Of a DNA stretch of 64,000 nt, positions 1 through 9,677 are shown one piece after another. Under the pieces are notes generated by a model. It saw only the letters and a program-made list of their open reading frames with translations. It did no database searches and was not told the origin of the DNA. Source of the stretch: a virus (Duplodnaviria; Caudoviricetes); the IMG/VR virus record IMGVR_UViG_2593339203_000002, positions 1 through 64,000 of that record. One strand, 5' to 3'. A program made the translations under genes and the position numbers. Every line of letters starts with the position of its first letter. Position 1 is the stretch's first letter.

Positions 1-846
1 TCAGGACCCGGTGAGGAGACAGAGGTCCACGAGCGGCGGAAGGTCCACGCAGAGGCCGGAGTCGTCGTCCTGGTCGGTCGGCGCCTCAGGGCTCTCCGGC
101 GTCGGAGGCAGCGTGGTCGGCTTCGGGTCGCGCGGAGGCTGGCTGGATTCGGGCCCCGGCTGGGTTCCCGGCGGGCTGGCGGAGGGGGCGCCCCCACGGG
201 GCTGCTCCTCGTCGGGCTCGGCCTCGGCCGCGGTGGTGCTGGCGGCGGGCTCCGGCGTCTTTTCGTCCTCGGCGTCGCCGCGGGTGGACTCGACCAGGGT
301 GAGGTTCGGTGCTCCAACCCACAACTCCTCCTCGTTGCCGGGGTCGTCAGGGTCCGTGTCGCCGGTGCTCATGACCGGGTCGGGCTGGAGGAGCGCCCCG
401 GCTTCTGGCTGGTCAGTCGTGGCGGTGGACGGCGCGGGGCCGTCGGAGTCGGCGGAGCCTCCGGGGGCCAGGACGAGGGCGGCGGCGGTGCTCACGGAGG
501 CGACAGTGGCGACTGTGGCGGCAGTGATGGCCGGGCGGGTGCGGATGAAGTTCCGGATGCTGTCCCGGCACGTGGTGTAGACGACGGCGACACCGCCGCC
601 GAGGTAGAGCGTCAGGTGGCGGCGCCTGCGGACGGGCTCGGCGGCCGGTTCCTCATCCCCCGGGGCCCGGGCGCTGACTCCCCCGGTGAGTGCGGCGATC
701 TGCTGCGCGGCAACCTGTGCTTTCAGATCGGTGATCAGGGCCCGGTTGGTTTTCCACCCGCGGTAGAGCAGGACGATTGCCAGGGACGCGGCTCCGAGCA
801 GTACGGCCATAAAGACCAGGACTGCGGCCAGCGCGAGGTCGGTCAC
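1..846 (-). CDS. Membrane-anchored Pro/acidic-rich protein, downstream of the repressor (possible lysogenic/exclusion protein)
   Basis: N-terminal hydrophobic helix, second hydrophobic segment, low-complexity Pro/Glu tail; GGGGGA upstream of GTG. Confidence 0.6.
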   Translation of the reverse strand: MTDLALAAVLVFMAVLLGAASLAIVLLYRGWKTNRALITDLKAQVAAQQIAALTGGVSARAPGDEEPAAEPVRRRRHLTLYLGGGVAVVYTTCRDSIRNFIRTRPAITAATVATVASVSTAAALVLAPGGSADSDGPAPSTATTDQPEAGALLQPDPVMSTGDTDPDDPGNEEELWVGAPNLTLVESTRGDAEDEKTPEPAASTTAAEAEPDEEQPRGGAPSASPPGTQPGPESSQPPRDPKPTTLPPTPESPEAPTDQDDDSGLCVDLPPLVDLCLLTGS

Positions 847-946
847 GGGGTCCCCCTAGACGTGGAGTGACGTACCGTGCATCCTCGGTTGCCGAGGGCG
901 ACCTTCTACAGTTTTGTACAACTTTGTGACCTTACCGTGACATGCG

Positions 947-1405
947 TCACCCGGCCTGACGCTGATGACCCCCAGAAGGTTGTACGACCGAGGGATTTTC
1001 CCTGGCCAGGCGTCGGACGACCTCCGCCTGCTCCTCCGGTGAGAGGGACGCAAGGATCGCGTACACGGCGTCCGCAGGCGGGGAGAACGCGTTTGCTGCG
1101 GCGGCGGGCTGTGGTAGTGGGGTGATCTCCTCCAGGGCGTCCGCCGCGTCCTGTCGGCCTACGCGGGCCAGCTCGTCCGCAGTGACGCCGACGACCTGTG
1201 CCATTCGCGCCAGGGTCTCGGCCGGCGCATGTACGGGGATGGATTCCCCGCTGACCGACTGGTAGCCGCTGGTGATCTGTCGCCAGCGGGCGTCACTCAG
1301 GTGTGCCCTCTTCGCTGCCTCGCGGGCGGACAGCCGGGATCGCCGGCGGGCCGCATCGATGAGGGCGGCCTCGCGCGGGGGCTCCGGTCGCGTGCCTTTG
1401 CTCAT
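947..1405 (-). CDS. XRE-family HTH repressor (CI-like)
   Basis: ARRRSRLSAREAAKRAHLSDARWRQITSG helix-turn-helix; divergent from a Cro-like gene. Confidence 0.75.
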   Translation of the reverse strand: MSKGTRPEPPREAALIDAARRRSRLSAREAAKRAHLSDARWRQITSGYQSVSGESIPVHAPAETLARMAQVVGVTADELARVGRQDAADALEEITPLPQPAAAANAFSPPADAVYAILASLSPEEQAEVVRRLARENPSVVQPSGGHQRQAG

Positions 1406-1421
1406 GACGGCAGCTTCGCAG

Positions 1422-1546
1422 ACTACGCGCTAGTTGGCCACTACTGCCGGACGCGTTCAGGGCGCAGGGGCGCGTAAACGCGTAACTTCGCGCCAGTACG
1501 CCACTAGCGCGTAGTAGTTGCTCTACGCGCTACTACGCGCTAGTTT
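1422..1546. promoter_or_regulatory. Immunity switch: operator repeats and divergent promoters
   Basis: (A)CTACGCGCTA at 1422, 1523 and 1532, inverted copy at 1505-1515, degenerate copy near 1485; TAGTTT (1541-1546) ends 6 nt before the ATG at 1553, consistent with a leaderless transcript. Confidence 0.75.
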
Positions 1547-1552
1547 TCAATC

Positions 1553-1858
1553 ATGAACGACCCGCGCAAGCCGAAGCGGCGGCGTCGTCCTCGCGGTTCT
1601 CCGCTGGACCACGCGCCGGAAGGCATCACGTACGCCCGTGAGAAGGCTGGCCTGACGAAGCGGGCCCTGGCTGACGCGCTCCACATCAGCGAGCAGCTGA
1701 TGTGCGACATCGAGGCCGGCCGACGCAACGCGGCGCCGGAGCTCCTGGAGCGGATGGCGGAGCGGCTGGGCTGTCCGCTGGTGGTCCTCCAGGCGAAGTC
1801 AGCCGAGGAGGCGCGGTCCGGTCAACGGCCGGAAAGCGCGGCGCCGTCGGGGCCTTGA
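1553..1858 (+). CDS. Cro-like XRE HTH protein
   Basis: AREKAGLTKRALADALHISEQLMCDIEAGRRN matches the HTH_3 pattern. Confidence 0.85.
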   Translation: MNDPRKPKRRRRPRGSPLDHAPEGITYAREKAGLTKRALADALHISEQLMCDIEAGRRNAAPELLERMAERLGCPLVVLQAKSAEEARSGQRPESAAPSGP

Positions 1859-2001
1859 GCGGGTGCCGCCGGGGTGGAGATTGCCCTCTCCGTTCCCCGG
1901 CCTGGCACCGCCCCCGCGCTGCGGATCTCGGGACGTCCGGACCTGGCCCGGTCCTGGACTCCCTTCACACCTGACACCTCACCCGTGAACGAGAGGTATC
2001 G

Positions 2002-2364
2002 ATGGCAGCCAACTCTAGCGACCAGGCGGACGTGATCGCGCCCGCTGTCGCCCTCACCGAGTTGTTCACCACCCACCCGGCCCTCACCCCCGAGGCCTCC
2101 GGACTGGCGTGGACCCTGACCCCCGCCGGTGTCCTGCACGCCGAGGCCCGCGACGCCACGGACGGCGGACTGGCCCTCCTGCTGTGCGCGGACGTCCTGG
2201 GCGGCACGCCCGTGATCTCCGGCAACGGCCGCGAGTCCGTGGGGGAGGTCGTGGCCGTCTGGCGCGGCGTGCCCGTGGAGGTCTGGGAGAGCTGGACCAC
2301 CCCGGAGCCCCGTCTCCCCCTCGGCGCCGTGGCCGTCCTCCCCGCCGGGGGAGGTGCCCGGTGA
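2002..2364 (+). CDS. Hypothetical protein
   Basis: GAGAGG RBS; first gene of a translationally coupled operon. Confidence 0.6.
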   Translation: MAANSSDQADVIAPAVALTELFTTHPALTPEASGLAWTLTPAGVLHAEARDATDGGLALLLCADVLGGTPVISGNGRESVGEVVAVWRGVPVEVWESWTTPEPRLPLGAVAVLPAGGGAR

Positions 2365-2576
2365 ACCCGTGGCTTGACCTCGTCTTCCGGGTCGCCATGG
2401 TCGTGGCCTTCCTCGGCCTGGTGCTCTCCGTGTGCCTCGGCCGGCGGATGACCTCCCGACCGGAGCACATCCCGGCGGAGTGCGCCACGTGCTCCTCCTT
2501 CCGGCACCCCTCACGGTGGGCGGCCCGCCGGGCCCTGTCCGTCATCCCCCGGCAGACGCGTGGGGGTGAGCGATGA
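2361..2576 (+). CDS. Small membrane protein with CxxC
   Basis: GTGA overlap with upstream stop; hydrophobic N-terminus. Confidence 0.5.
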   Translation: MNPWLDLVFRVAMVVAFLGLVLSVCLGRRMTSRPEHIPAECATCSSFRHPSRWAARRALSVIPRQTRGGER

Positions 2577-3385
2577 GGACCGCTGTCGGATCCCGTCACC
2601 GCACCCGCGTGAACCACGCCGTTGTGGTGGAGGCCGCTCGCGCCGTCCCCGGTACGTGGGTCCAGGCCGCCGCGTACGCCTCCCTGGCGAGCGCGGAGAG
2701 CGCGGCCCGCCGGGTCCCGCTCGCCGAGCGCATCCCGGCGTACGAGCCCGCCGGATCGTTCGAGGCGTATGCGGCCTCCACCGGCTCCGGCCCGTTCCTG
2801 TGGGTGCGGTCCACCGAGGGCGGCCCGTACCCGGCGCTCCCGGCGCGGATGAGCGTCCGTATCCCGGCCATGACCGGGGCCGCCCCGGGGGAGGTCGGCG
2901 TCCTCACGGTCTCCGTCCGCCCGTTCTGCCAGGTCTGCGGCGGCCCGCGTGGCTGGGACGTTGTAGGCCCCGTGGAGATGCATGTCCGCAACGTGCTGGT
3001 GACGGTGGACCGTTGGTCTAACCCGTGCGGTCATGACGACGTGTACGCGGACGTCCTGGAGGAGTCCCGCCGTACGCCGGCCGCCGTGGACCCGGCCATC
3101 TCGCGCGGTCGCGGCCACCGCCCCGGGGACCCCGCCCGCGCCGGTGTCTTCCGTCCGGCCGTGGAGCTGGTCCTCCAGGCCGCCGCCGAGCACCGCGCCA
3201 TGCACGCGAAGCAGGCCGCCGCGCTCCTCCGCATCAACGGCCACGTCGAGGCCGCCGGCCTGGTGGAGGTCAAGATCCGCGCCGAGCGCGGCCACCTGTC
3301 CGCGAAGGCCGCCGCCCACTTCCTCACCGTGGAGGGCGCCGCGCGTCGCTCCACCAGCACCACCCGCCAGGAGAGCAACGCATGA
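2573..3385 (+). CDS. Hypothetical protein with zinc-ribbon motif
   Basis: ATGA overlap; CQVCGG...NPCGH. Confidence 0.6.
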   Translation: MRTAVGSRHRTRVNHAVVVEAARAVPGTWVQAAAYASLASAESAARRVPLAERIPAYEPAGSFEAYAASTGSGPFLWVRSTEGGPYPALPARMSVRIPAMTGAAPGEVGVLTVSVRPFCQVCGGPRGWDVVGPVEMHVRNVLVTVDRWSNPCGHDDVYADVLEESRRTPAAVDPAISRGRGHRPGDPARAGVFRPAVELVLQAAAEHRAMHAKQAAALLRINGHVEAAGLVEVKIRAERGHLSAKAAAHFLTVEGAARRSTSTTRQESNA

Positions 3386-4458
3386 GCACCACCACCCTGC
3401 CCCTCCCGCCGGTCCCGGGTGACCTGGTCGCCCCCACGGCGCGGCTGGTCCTCCCGTCCGGGGACCTCAACTCCTCCGCCTACCGGACGGAGTGGGAGGC
3501 CGTCCGGCGCCTCGGGATTGGCGGCTCCGACGTCGCCGCCATCGTCGGCCTCGACAAGTACCGCGGGCAGCGGCACGTGTTCGAGGAGAAGCACGGCCGG
3601 GAGGTCGTCCGGGACAACGAGGCAATGGAGATCGGCCGGGAGATCGAGGACTTCATTGCCCGCCTGTTCTCCAAGCGGACCGGCGTCCCCATCGCCACGC
3701 CGCCCGGCACGATCGGGCACGTGGACCACCCGTGGGCGCTGGTCAACATCGACCGCGACACGTTGGACCCGGACACGGGTGAGGTGGTCGGCCCGCTGGA
3801 GTGCAAGAACCGGTCGGAATACCAGTTGGAGGAGTGGGAGTCCGAGGACGGCCCGCCGGACGCCCCCGCGCTCCAGTGCCATTGGGGCATGGCCGTGGGC
3901 GGCTATCAGCGCGGCTACGTGGCCGCCCTGGTCGGCGGCAACAAGTTGCGCTGGCACGTCGTGGAGCGGGACCAGGAGATGGTGGAACACCTCCTGGACT
4001 ACTGCGGGACCTGGTACCAGCGGCACGTGGTGGAGGGATTCCCGCCGCCGGTGGACGGCCTGGAGACCACGAAGGACCTCCTGGGCCGCCTCTGGGAGGT
4101 CAAGCCGGAGGCCATCGCGGAGGTGGACCTCCGCAAGGCGAAGGACCTCCGCTCCCGTAAGGCCTCGTTGGACGCGCAGATCAAGGACCTGGCGTACCAG
4201 AAGACGACCGTAGAGAACGAGATGCGGGACCTCGCCGGTAACGCGGACATCGTCCGCGTCGGCGCCGCCACGGCCTGGACCTGGAAGGCCAACGGCAACT
4301 TCAGCGAGACCGACTTCCGCGCGCAGTACCCGGACCTGGCCGCGAAGTACACGACCACCGTGGAGGTCCTGGACCTCGCCCGGCTCAAGAAGGAGCAGGA
4401 GGCCGCATACTCCGCATGCCGCGGTCGCCGTCTCTACGTCCCGAAGAAGGAGCTGTGA
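3382..4458 (+). CDS. YqaJ-like viral recombinase/exonuclease (RecE/lambda-exo type)
   Basis: RRLGIGGSDVAAIVG, GREIEDFIA, NIDR, LECKN, QCHW motifs; adjacent to RecT. Confidence 0.9.
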   Translation: MSTTTLPLPPVPGDLVAPTARLVLPSGDLNSSAYRTEWEAVRRLGIGGSDVAAIVGLDKYRGQRHVFEEKHGREVVRDNEAMEIGREIEDFIARLFSKRTGVPIATPPGTIGHVDHPWALVNIDRDTLDPDTGEVVGPLECKNRSEYQLEEWESEDGPPDAPALQCHWGMAVGGYQRGYVAALVGGNKLRWHVVERDQEMVEHLLDYCGTWYQRHVVEGFPPPVDGLETTKDLLGRLWEVKPEAIAEVDLRKAKDLRSRKASLDAQIKDLAYQKTTVENEMRDLAGNADIVRVGAATAWTWKANGNFSETDFRAQYPDLAAKYTTTVEVLDLARLKKEQEAAYSACRGRRLYVPKKEL

Positions 4459-5516
4459 CCGTGGCTCTCTCCACGTTGAAGGACCGCGTACGCGCGGCCA
4501 CTCAGCAGGCGCCCGCCCTCGGCGGGCGCCCCGCCCCGGCCTCCACCGAGGAGGCCCCCCACGGAGCGCCGGCCACCCTGGAAGAGGCCGCCGCCACGGT
4601 GGAGGACCCGGTCCAGGACTCGGCGGACGCCGTCCTGGACTGGCTCCGCCGGTACGAGGGCCACGTCACGGACGCCCTCCCGTCGCACATGGCGGCCGGG
4701 CCGTTCCTGGCCGCCGTGCGCAACGTGCTGCCGGAGCTCCGCTCCTGCAACCCCGCCTCCGTGCTCCAGGCGACCATGACGGCCGCCCGGTTCGGTCTGG
4801 TGCCGGACGGCCGGGAGGCCGTCATCACCGCCGAGTACGGCCGGGCCGTGTTCATCCCGACCTACCGCGGCTACATCGCGCTCATGCACCGCTCCGGGCT
4901 GGTGGCGTCCGTCCGGGTCGGCATGGTCTACGAGCGGGACGAGTACACCTACGAGCCGTCCGCGCCCTCGCCGTTGGACTTCACCCACCGGCAGGACCCG
5001 GCCCTCACGGACGACCAGCGCGGCGCCCCGTTGTTCTCGTACGCGTTCGCCTGGTTCACGAACGGCTCCCGCTCGCAGGTGGTCACCGTCAACCGCGAGG
5101 AGGCGGAGGCCATCCGGGACGAGCACTCCCGGGCGTACCAGGAGGCGGAGGCCAACGGTAAGCGGGACTCGTTCTGGCACACGGACTTCCCCGCCATGTG
5201 GTGGAAGACGGCCGCCCGGCAGCTGGAGAAGGTGGTCCCCGTCTCGGCGGAAGTCCGCGCCCTGGTGGAGGCGGACCGGGCCGGGGAGGACGGCCGGGTC
5301 CAGGTCCTCCACGCCCCGGACCCGGAGGCCGCCTCCGTGGACCAGGAGGACGCCGTCCTGGAGGCGGGGGCCGACCGGGCCACCGAGGCCGCGGAGGCCT
5401 CGCAGGACCAGGCGCCGGCCGACCTCCCGCGCAAGCGCGGCGGGTTGAAGCGGACGCAGCCGCGCCGCACCACCCGGAAGGGCCGTAAGGCGGCCCGGGC
5501 GGGGAGGCGGGCGTGA
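4455..5516 (+). CDS. recT: RecT-family single-strand annealing protein
   Basis: CNPASVLQA...GLVP, YRGYIALMHRSG, W.TDFPAMWWKT..RQL. Confidence 0.88.
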   Translation: MTVALSTLKDRVRAATQQAPALGGRPAPASTEEAPHGAPATLEEAAATVEDPVQDSADAVLDWLRRYEGHVTDALPSHMAAGPFLAAVRNVLPELRSCNPASVLQATMTAARFGLVPDGREAVITAEYGRAVFIPTYRGYIALMHRSGLVASVRVGMVYERDEYTYEPSAPSPLDFTHRQDPALTDDQRGAPLFSYAFAWFTNGSRSQVVTVNREEAEAIRDEHSRAYQEAEANGKRDSFWHTDFPAMWWKTAARQLEKVVPVSAEVRALVEADRAGEDGRVQVLHAPDPEAASVDQEDAVLEAGADRATEAAEASQDQAPADLPRKRGGLKRTQPRRTTRKGRKAARAGRRA

Positions 5517-6262
5517 AGCGTTACACGGCGCCCCGGCTCGACTGGACGTATGGGCGGATGACCGGGTTCGACCTGGAGACCACCAGCACGGACCCGCACA
5601 CGGCCCGGATCGTCACCGGCTCCGCCGTCCAGTACGGCGGCGGCCGGCCGACCACGGCCCGGACGTGGCTCTCCGACGTCGGCGGGGCGGAGATCCCCGC
5701 CGACGCCACCCGGATTCACGGATACACGACTGAGGCGGCCCGCACTGCGGGCCGCCCGGCCTCCGCGGTGGTCGAGGAGATCACCGCGGACCTCGCGGCC
5801 GCCGTGGAGGAGGACCGCCCGCTGGTCATCATGAACGCCACTTACGACCTCACGGTGTTGGACCGGGAGGCCCGCCGGTACGGCGTCACCCCGCTGTTCG
5901 ACCGGGTCTCTCCGAACGTCCTGGACCCCTACGTCCTGGACAAGCGTGTGAGGCAGTACCGGCGGGGCGGGCGGACGTTGACGGACCTCTGCCGCCACTA
6001 CGTGGTGCCGCTGGAGGGCGCGCACTCCTCTGAGGTGGACGCCACCGCGGCGTGCGAACTGGTGCGGAAGATGGGCCGCCGCTACCGGGTGCTCTCCCGG
6101 CTCCCGCTGGACCAGCTCCACCGGGAACAAGTGGCGTGGGCGCGGGAGCAGAACGAAGGCCTCCGGGAGCACTTCGCGAACACCCCCGGTAAGGAGGCGT
6201 GGGCGCGGGACGTGTCCCTGGAGTGGCCCCTCCTGCCGTTCCGGATGGCGGTGAGGCCGTGA
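5513..6262 (+). CDS. DnaQ-like DEDDh 3'-5' exonuclease
   Basis: FDLETT, IHG, NATYDL, AHSSEVDA motifs. Confidence 0.88.
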   Translation: MKRYTAPRLDWTYGRMTGFDLETTSTDPHTARIVTGSAVQYGGGRPTTARTWLSDVGGAEIPADATRIHGYTTEAARTAGRPASAVVEEITADLAAAVEEDRPLVIMNATYDLTVLDREARRYGVTPLFDRVSPNVLDPYVLDKRVRQYRRGGRTLTDLCRHYVVPLEGAHSSEVDATAACELVRKMGRRYRVLSRLPLDQLHREQVAWAREQNEGLREHFANTPGKEAWARDVSLEWPLLPFRMAVRP

Positions 6263-6615
6263 CTCCCACCGTGTTCGGCGCGGCCGTCCTGGCCGCGTCC
6301 GTGAGCGGCGCCATTTCTCTGCTCTGGTGGTGGCTCGGCGGCCAGGGCCGCCACCGCCGCCAGGCCCGCGCGGTGCTCCTGGCGCCGCGCGCCGCCGCGT
6401 CCGTGGACGTTCCGCCAGCGTCCGCCGTCCTCCCGCTGGACCAGGAGGACGGCGGCGGTGAGGCGGACCCGGAAACGGTGGCCCTCCTGGCCGTCGACAC
6501 CGCCGACTTCGCCCACTGCCCGAGCGAGGGGCGCCGTACGCCCCACTTCCTCCACCGTGACGGCTCCCGTACGTGCTGCCGCTGCGAAACCAAGACGGCA
6601 GGTGACCAGACATGA
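6259..6615 (+). CDS. Membrane protein with C-terminal Cys/His cluster
   Basis: GTGA coupling; TM helix; HCP...H...CCRC. Confidence 0.55.
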   Translation: MTPTVFGAAVLAASVSGAISLLWWWLGGQGRHRRQARAVLLAPRAAASVDVPPASAVLPLDQEDGGGEADPETVALLAVDTADFAHCPSEGRRTPHFLHRDGSRTCCRCETKTAGDQT

Positions 6616-7346
6616 CGACCCACCTGGAGCCCTTCGGCGCCGACTACCTGCAGCCCGTACAGGAGGCGTGCGCCTACTGCCTGTGCTGCTCCGCGGCCCT
6701 GTGCCGGCGCGGCCGGGCGTCCGTGCTGGAGTGCGTCGGCTCCACCCACGCAGACCGCAAGTCGACCGTGACCGGCTGCCCGTGCTCGGCGTCCACCACG
6801 GAGGGCACCGCCTCATGGCGGGCCGGGCTGGTGACCGCCACCCTCCAGGCCGTGGAGCTCCCGCTCCCGGAGCCCATGGAGGACGTCCTCCGGGCCCTGG
6901 CCGCCGGGGAGACGACCGTCCCCGACCCCTTCGGGTTCCTCCTCGCGCTCCGCATCCGCCAGTTCGTCCAGACCCGGGACGACGTGTGCGCCGTGACCGA
7001 CCTCGGCCGGGCGTACCTGGCCGCGCGGGACGGCCAGCGCCTCGCGGTGCGGGCGCGCGTGCTGGACGTGGACGCCGAGGAGAACGCGGCCCGCGTCGTG
7101 CTGGACGTGTGCCGGCCGGACCAGCGGGTGACCGTGCTCCTGGACCAGCTCGTCCACGCCACCGGCGTGGACCCGCTGGAGCTGCCCGGGCTGGAGCTGG
7201 ACGTGGTCGCGAACGTGGACGCGGAGCGTCAGGAGGAGATCGTCCTCACCCGCATCCAGGCCCGGCCCGCGCCGCTCCCGGAGACATGGCGGAAGACGCC
7301 GGCCGTCGAGGCCGCGCCGGACGGCGAGGAGGCCCCCGGTGATTGA
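6612..7346 (+). CDS. Hypothetical Cys-rich protein
   Basis: ATGA coupling; CAYCLCC...C...CPC. Confidence 0.6.
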   Translation: MTTHLEPFGADYLQPVQEACAYCLCCSAALCRRGRASVLECVGSTHADRKSTVTGCPCSASTTEGTASWRAGLVTATLQAVELPLPEPMEDVLRALAAGETTVPDPFGFLLALRIRQFVQTRDDVCAVTDLGRAYLAARDGQRLAVRARVLDVDAEENAARVVLDVCRPDQRVTVLLDQLVHATGVDPLELPGLELDVVANVDAERQEEIVLTRIQARPAPLPETWRKTPAVEAAPDGEEAPGD

Positions 7347-7962
7347 CGTCCCGCTGTGGGAGGACGAGGAGGACCAGGCCGCCGTGGAGACGGCGGCCCT
7401 GGACGATGCCTCCGCGCTCCTGGACGAGGTCCAGGAGGAGCCGGAGGAGGAAACCCACCTCGAGGTCCCGCTGTTCGAGGTGACCGTGTACGGGGCGCCG
7501 GCGCCGCAGGGCAGCAAGAGCCCGAAGCGGAACAAGCACACCAACCGGATCCACCTCGTGGAGTCGTCCAAGTACGTCAAGCCCTGGCGGGATGACGTGG
7601 TGGGCGCCTCGCTCAAGGCACGCGGGCGCGGCTGGTCGCCGCTCACGGTCCCTCTGGCCGCAGAGATGATCTTCACTCTCGCCCGGCCGAAGACACATTT
7701 CGGGACCGGCCGCAACGCCGGCCGCGTCCGGCCGTCGGCGCCGCTCCTCCCGGCCGGCGTCCCGGACTTGAGCAAGTTGGCCAGGAGTACGGAGGACGCC
7801 CTCACAACTGCCGGCGTGTACCGGGATGACGCCCTGGTGGTCGAGTACCGGCGGCTGGTGAAGCGGTACCACACCGACCACGGGGCGGTGCCGGACGTCA
7901 TGGAGGTGTCCGGCTGCGTCATCCGTCTGTGGCCCGCGCTGGCCCCGGCGGCGGAGCAGTGA
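7339..7962 (+). CDS. rusA: RusA-family Holliday junction resolvase
   Basis: GAPAPQGSK, KPWR, PDLSKLARSTEDALT.AGVYRDDALVV. Confidence 0.85.
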   Translation: MIDVPLWEDEEDQAAVETAALDDASALLDEVQEEPEEETHLEVPLFEVTVYGAPAPQGSKSPKRNKHTNRIHLVESSKYVKPWRDDVVGASLKARGRGWSPLTVPLAAEMIFTLARPKTHFGTGRNAGRVRPSAPLLPAGVPDLSKLARSTEDALTTAGVYRDDALVVEYRRLVKRYHTDHGAVPDVMEVSGCVIRLWPALAPAAEQ

Positions 7963-8258
7963 GCGCTGTGGACTTCACGTGCCTCGGCGGCGCCGCCATA
8001 ACGCTCCTGGAGACCTTCCCCCTGTGGGGGCCGGTCCTGGCGCTGGTGACCGGCTGCCTGCTCTGGCAGGCCCTGTGCCTGACGTGGCTCGACCGTGCGG
8101 AGGACCCGGAGGACACCGGGGGACACGCCGTCCTCACGGTGTCCCCGGCCGTCCCCGCCGTAGAGGACAAGACGGAGGACACCCTCACCCTCCGCCGTCT
8201 GACCTGCGGGGACACCGTCCCCGCCGTGTCCCCGGAGCGGGAGACGGGAGGTGCCTGA
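7959..8258 (+). CDS. Small membrane protein carrying GGGGACAC/GTGTCCCC repeats
   Basis: GTGA coupling; TM segment. Confidence 0.45.
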   Translation: MSAVDFTCLGGAAITLLETFPLWGPVLALVTGCLLWQALCLTWLDRAEDPEDTGGHAVLTVSPAVPAVEDKTEDTLTLRRLTCGDTVPAVSPERETGGA

Positions 8259-8644
8259 TGACACGAGGCCCACGGATCCGGTACGCGCCCGACACCCTCC
8301 CGCGGCCGGCGCACTGGTCGAAGGACTCCGCGTGCCAGCACGCCCCGCCGGAGATCTTCCACCCGGAAGGGGAGGCCGCGGTCGTCATGGCCGACACCCG
8401 GGAGGCGAAGGCCTGGTGCGCGCGGTGCGCCGTGCAGCCGCAGTGCCTCGCGGACTCCCTGGCCCGGGGCGAGCGGTGGGGCGTGTGGGGCGGCATGGAC
8501 GAGAAGGAGCGCCGGGCGTTCCTCCGGCGGCGCCGGGAGCGGGAGCGCGCCGCCCGCCGTCGCGCCGAGCGCAAACGGGAGGAGGCGGCCAGTGCCACCA
8601 CCACCGCGGCGGAGGCCGACGACGCCGAAGCGCCGGCCGCCTGA
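8258..8644 (+). CDS. whiB: WhiB-family Fe-S transcription factor
   Basis: C...CARC.....C and GVWGG motif followed by a basic tail. Confidence 0.92.
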   Translation: MTRGPRIRYAPDTLPRPAHWSKDSACQHAPPEIFHPEGEAAVVMADTREAKAWCARCAVQPQCLADSLARGERWGVWGGMDEKERRAFLRRRRERERAARRRAERKREEAASATTTAAEADDAEAPAA

Positions 8645-8848
8645 GCTCCCGACCGGGCCGGGCGGGCTCCTGGACTGGCGGCATGGCCACTGGTCCGACG
8701 TGCGGGCGCAGTGCCGCTACTGCCCGCAGGTGACCAACCTCCGCGACATCTACGGACGGCCCGCGCACAAGGTGTGCGCCGAGGAGGCCGCCCGCCGGTG
8801 GGTGGAGGAGCAGAACGAGCGATACGAGAACGAGAGGCTGAGTCAGCA

Positions 8849-9082
8849 ATGAGCAGCGAGGTACAGCACCGGTCACCCCGGCTCGGGTCGACGTACCGGC
8901 CGCGCGTGAAGGGGGCGGAGCGGGCACGCCTGGCCAAGAGCCTCGGCGAGGACTACGACCTCGGCGGAACGATCCGGTCCCTGGCCGCGGACCGGTCCAT
9001 GTCGTACGGCACGGTGCGGAAGCTCCTCCTGGAGGCGGAGGTCACCCTTCGCGGCCGCGGTGGACGGGTGGCACGGGGATGA
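8849..9082 (+). CDS. Small HTH DNA-binding protein
   Basis: YDLGGTIRSLAADRSMSYGTVRKLLLEAEVTLRGRG. Confidence 0.75.
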   Translation: MSSEVQHRSPRLGSTYRPRVKGAERARLAKSLGEDYDLGGTIRSLAADRSMSYGTVRKLLLEAEVTLRGRGGRVARG

Positions 9083-9459
9083 GGAGGCAACCACGTTCCG
9101 GCATCGCGCCGTTCGCTCTCCTGACCGCCGGCCTCTTCCTCTTCACGGCCTGCTACGTCGTGGACGACGACGAGGACGGGCACCGGCGGTGCCGGTCTGC
9201 CGGGACGTCTGTGGTCCTGGTGGCCGCGGTCGAGGGGAGCGGTAACGGCGGAGGCACCGGGCGGAGTTCCGGGTCCGGGACGGGCGGCGGGGTGAACCTC
9301 CGCAAGCCGGAGTCGGCGCCCGCACGGCCGGCCCCCGGCGGGGCGGTGCGGAAGGAGCCTCCGCGGGCTCCGGCCACGGCCGCGCCGAGCACGCCCACCC
9401 CGACGCCCACCCCGACCCCGACGCCGAGCCGCACGGGCCGCTGCAAGGGGGCCAGGTGA
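9079..9459 (+). CDS. Putative lipoprotein, Pro/Thr-rich
   Basis: Signal peptide ending FTAC; PTPTPT repeat. Confidence 0.5.
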   Translation: MRRQPRSGIAPFALLTAGLFLFTACYVVDDDEDGHRRCRSAGTSVVLVAAVEGSGNGGGTGRSSGSGTGGGVNLRKPESAPARPAPGGAVRKEPPRAPATAAPSTPTPTPTPTPTPSRTGRCKGAR

Positions 9460-9608
9460 TGCGCCGGTTCCTCTACGGCCTGGCGGCCGGTGCCCTCACC
9501 GGCGGCGCCATGTACGCCGTACCCCCGCCCGTCCAGGCGTGGTGGTACGTGCTCGGCCTGGCCGTGGCGTTCGTCGTCTGGTTCGGGCAGCTCCCCGACC
9601 TGTTCTGA
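9459..9608 (+). CDS. Small two-helix membrane protein (not in ORF track)
   Basis: TGATG coupling; MRRFLYGLAAGALTGG...WWYVLGLAVAFVVWFGQLPDLF. Confidence 0.5.
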   Translation: MRRFLYGLAAGALTGGAMYAVPPPVQAWWYVLGLAVAFVVWFGQLPDLF

Positions 9609-9677
9609 CTCTTCCCGCGCCCGGCCGCGCGCCGGGCGCCCTCCCTCTCCTCCTCTCCCTGCTCCCTGGAGACCGGT

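Noticed and set aside
8592-8852. Small CxxC...HxxC ORF after whiB
   Set aside because: Plausible coding content, but no convincing start or RBS outside the whiB overlap, so not called
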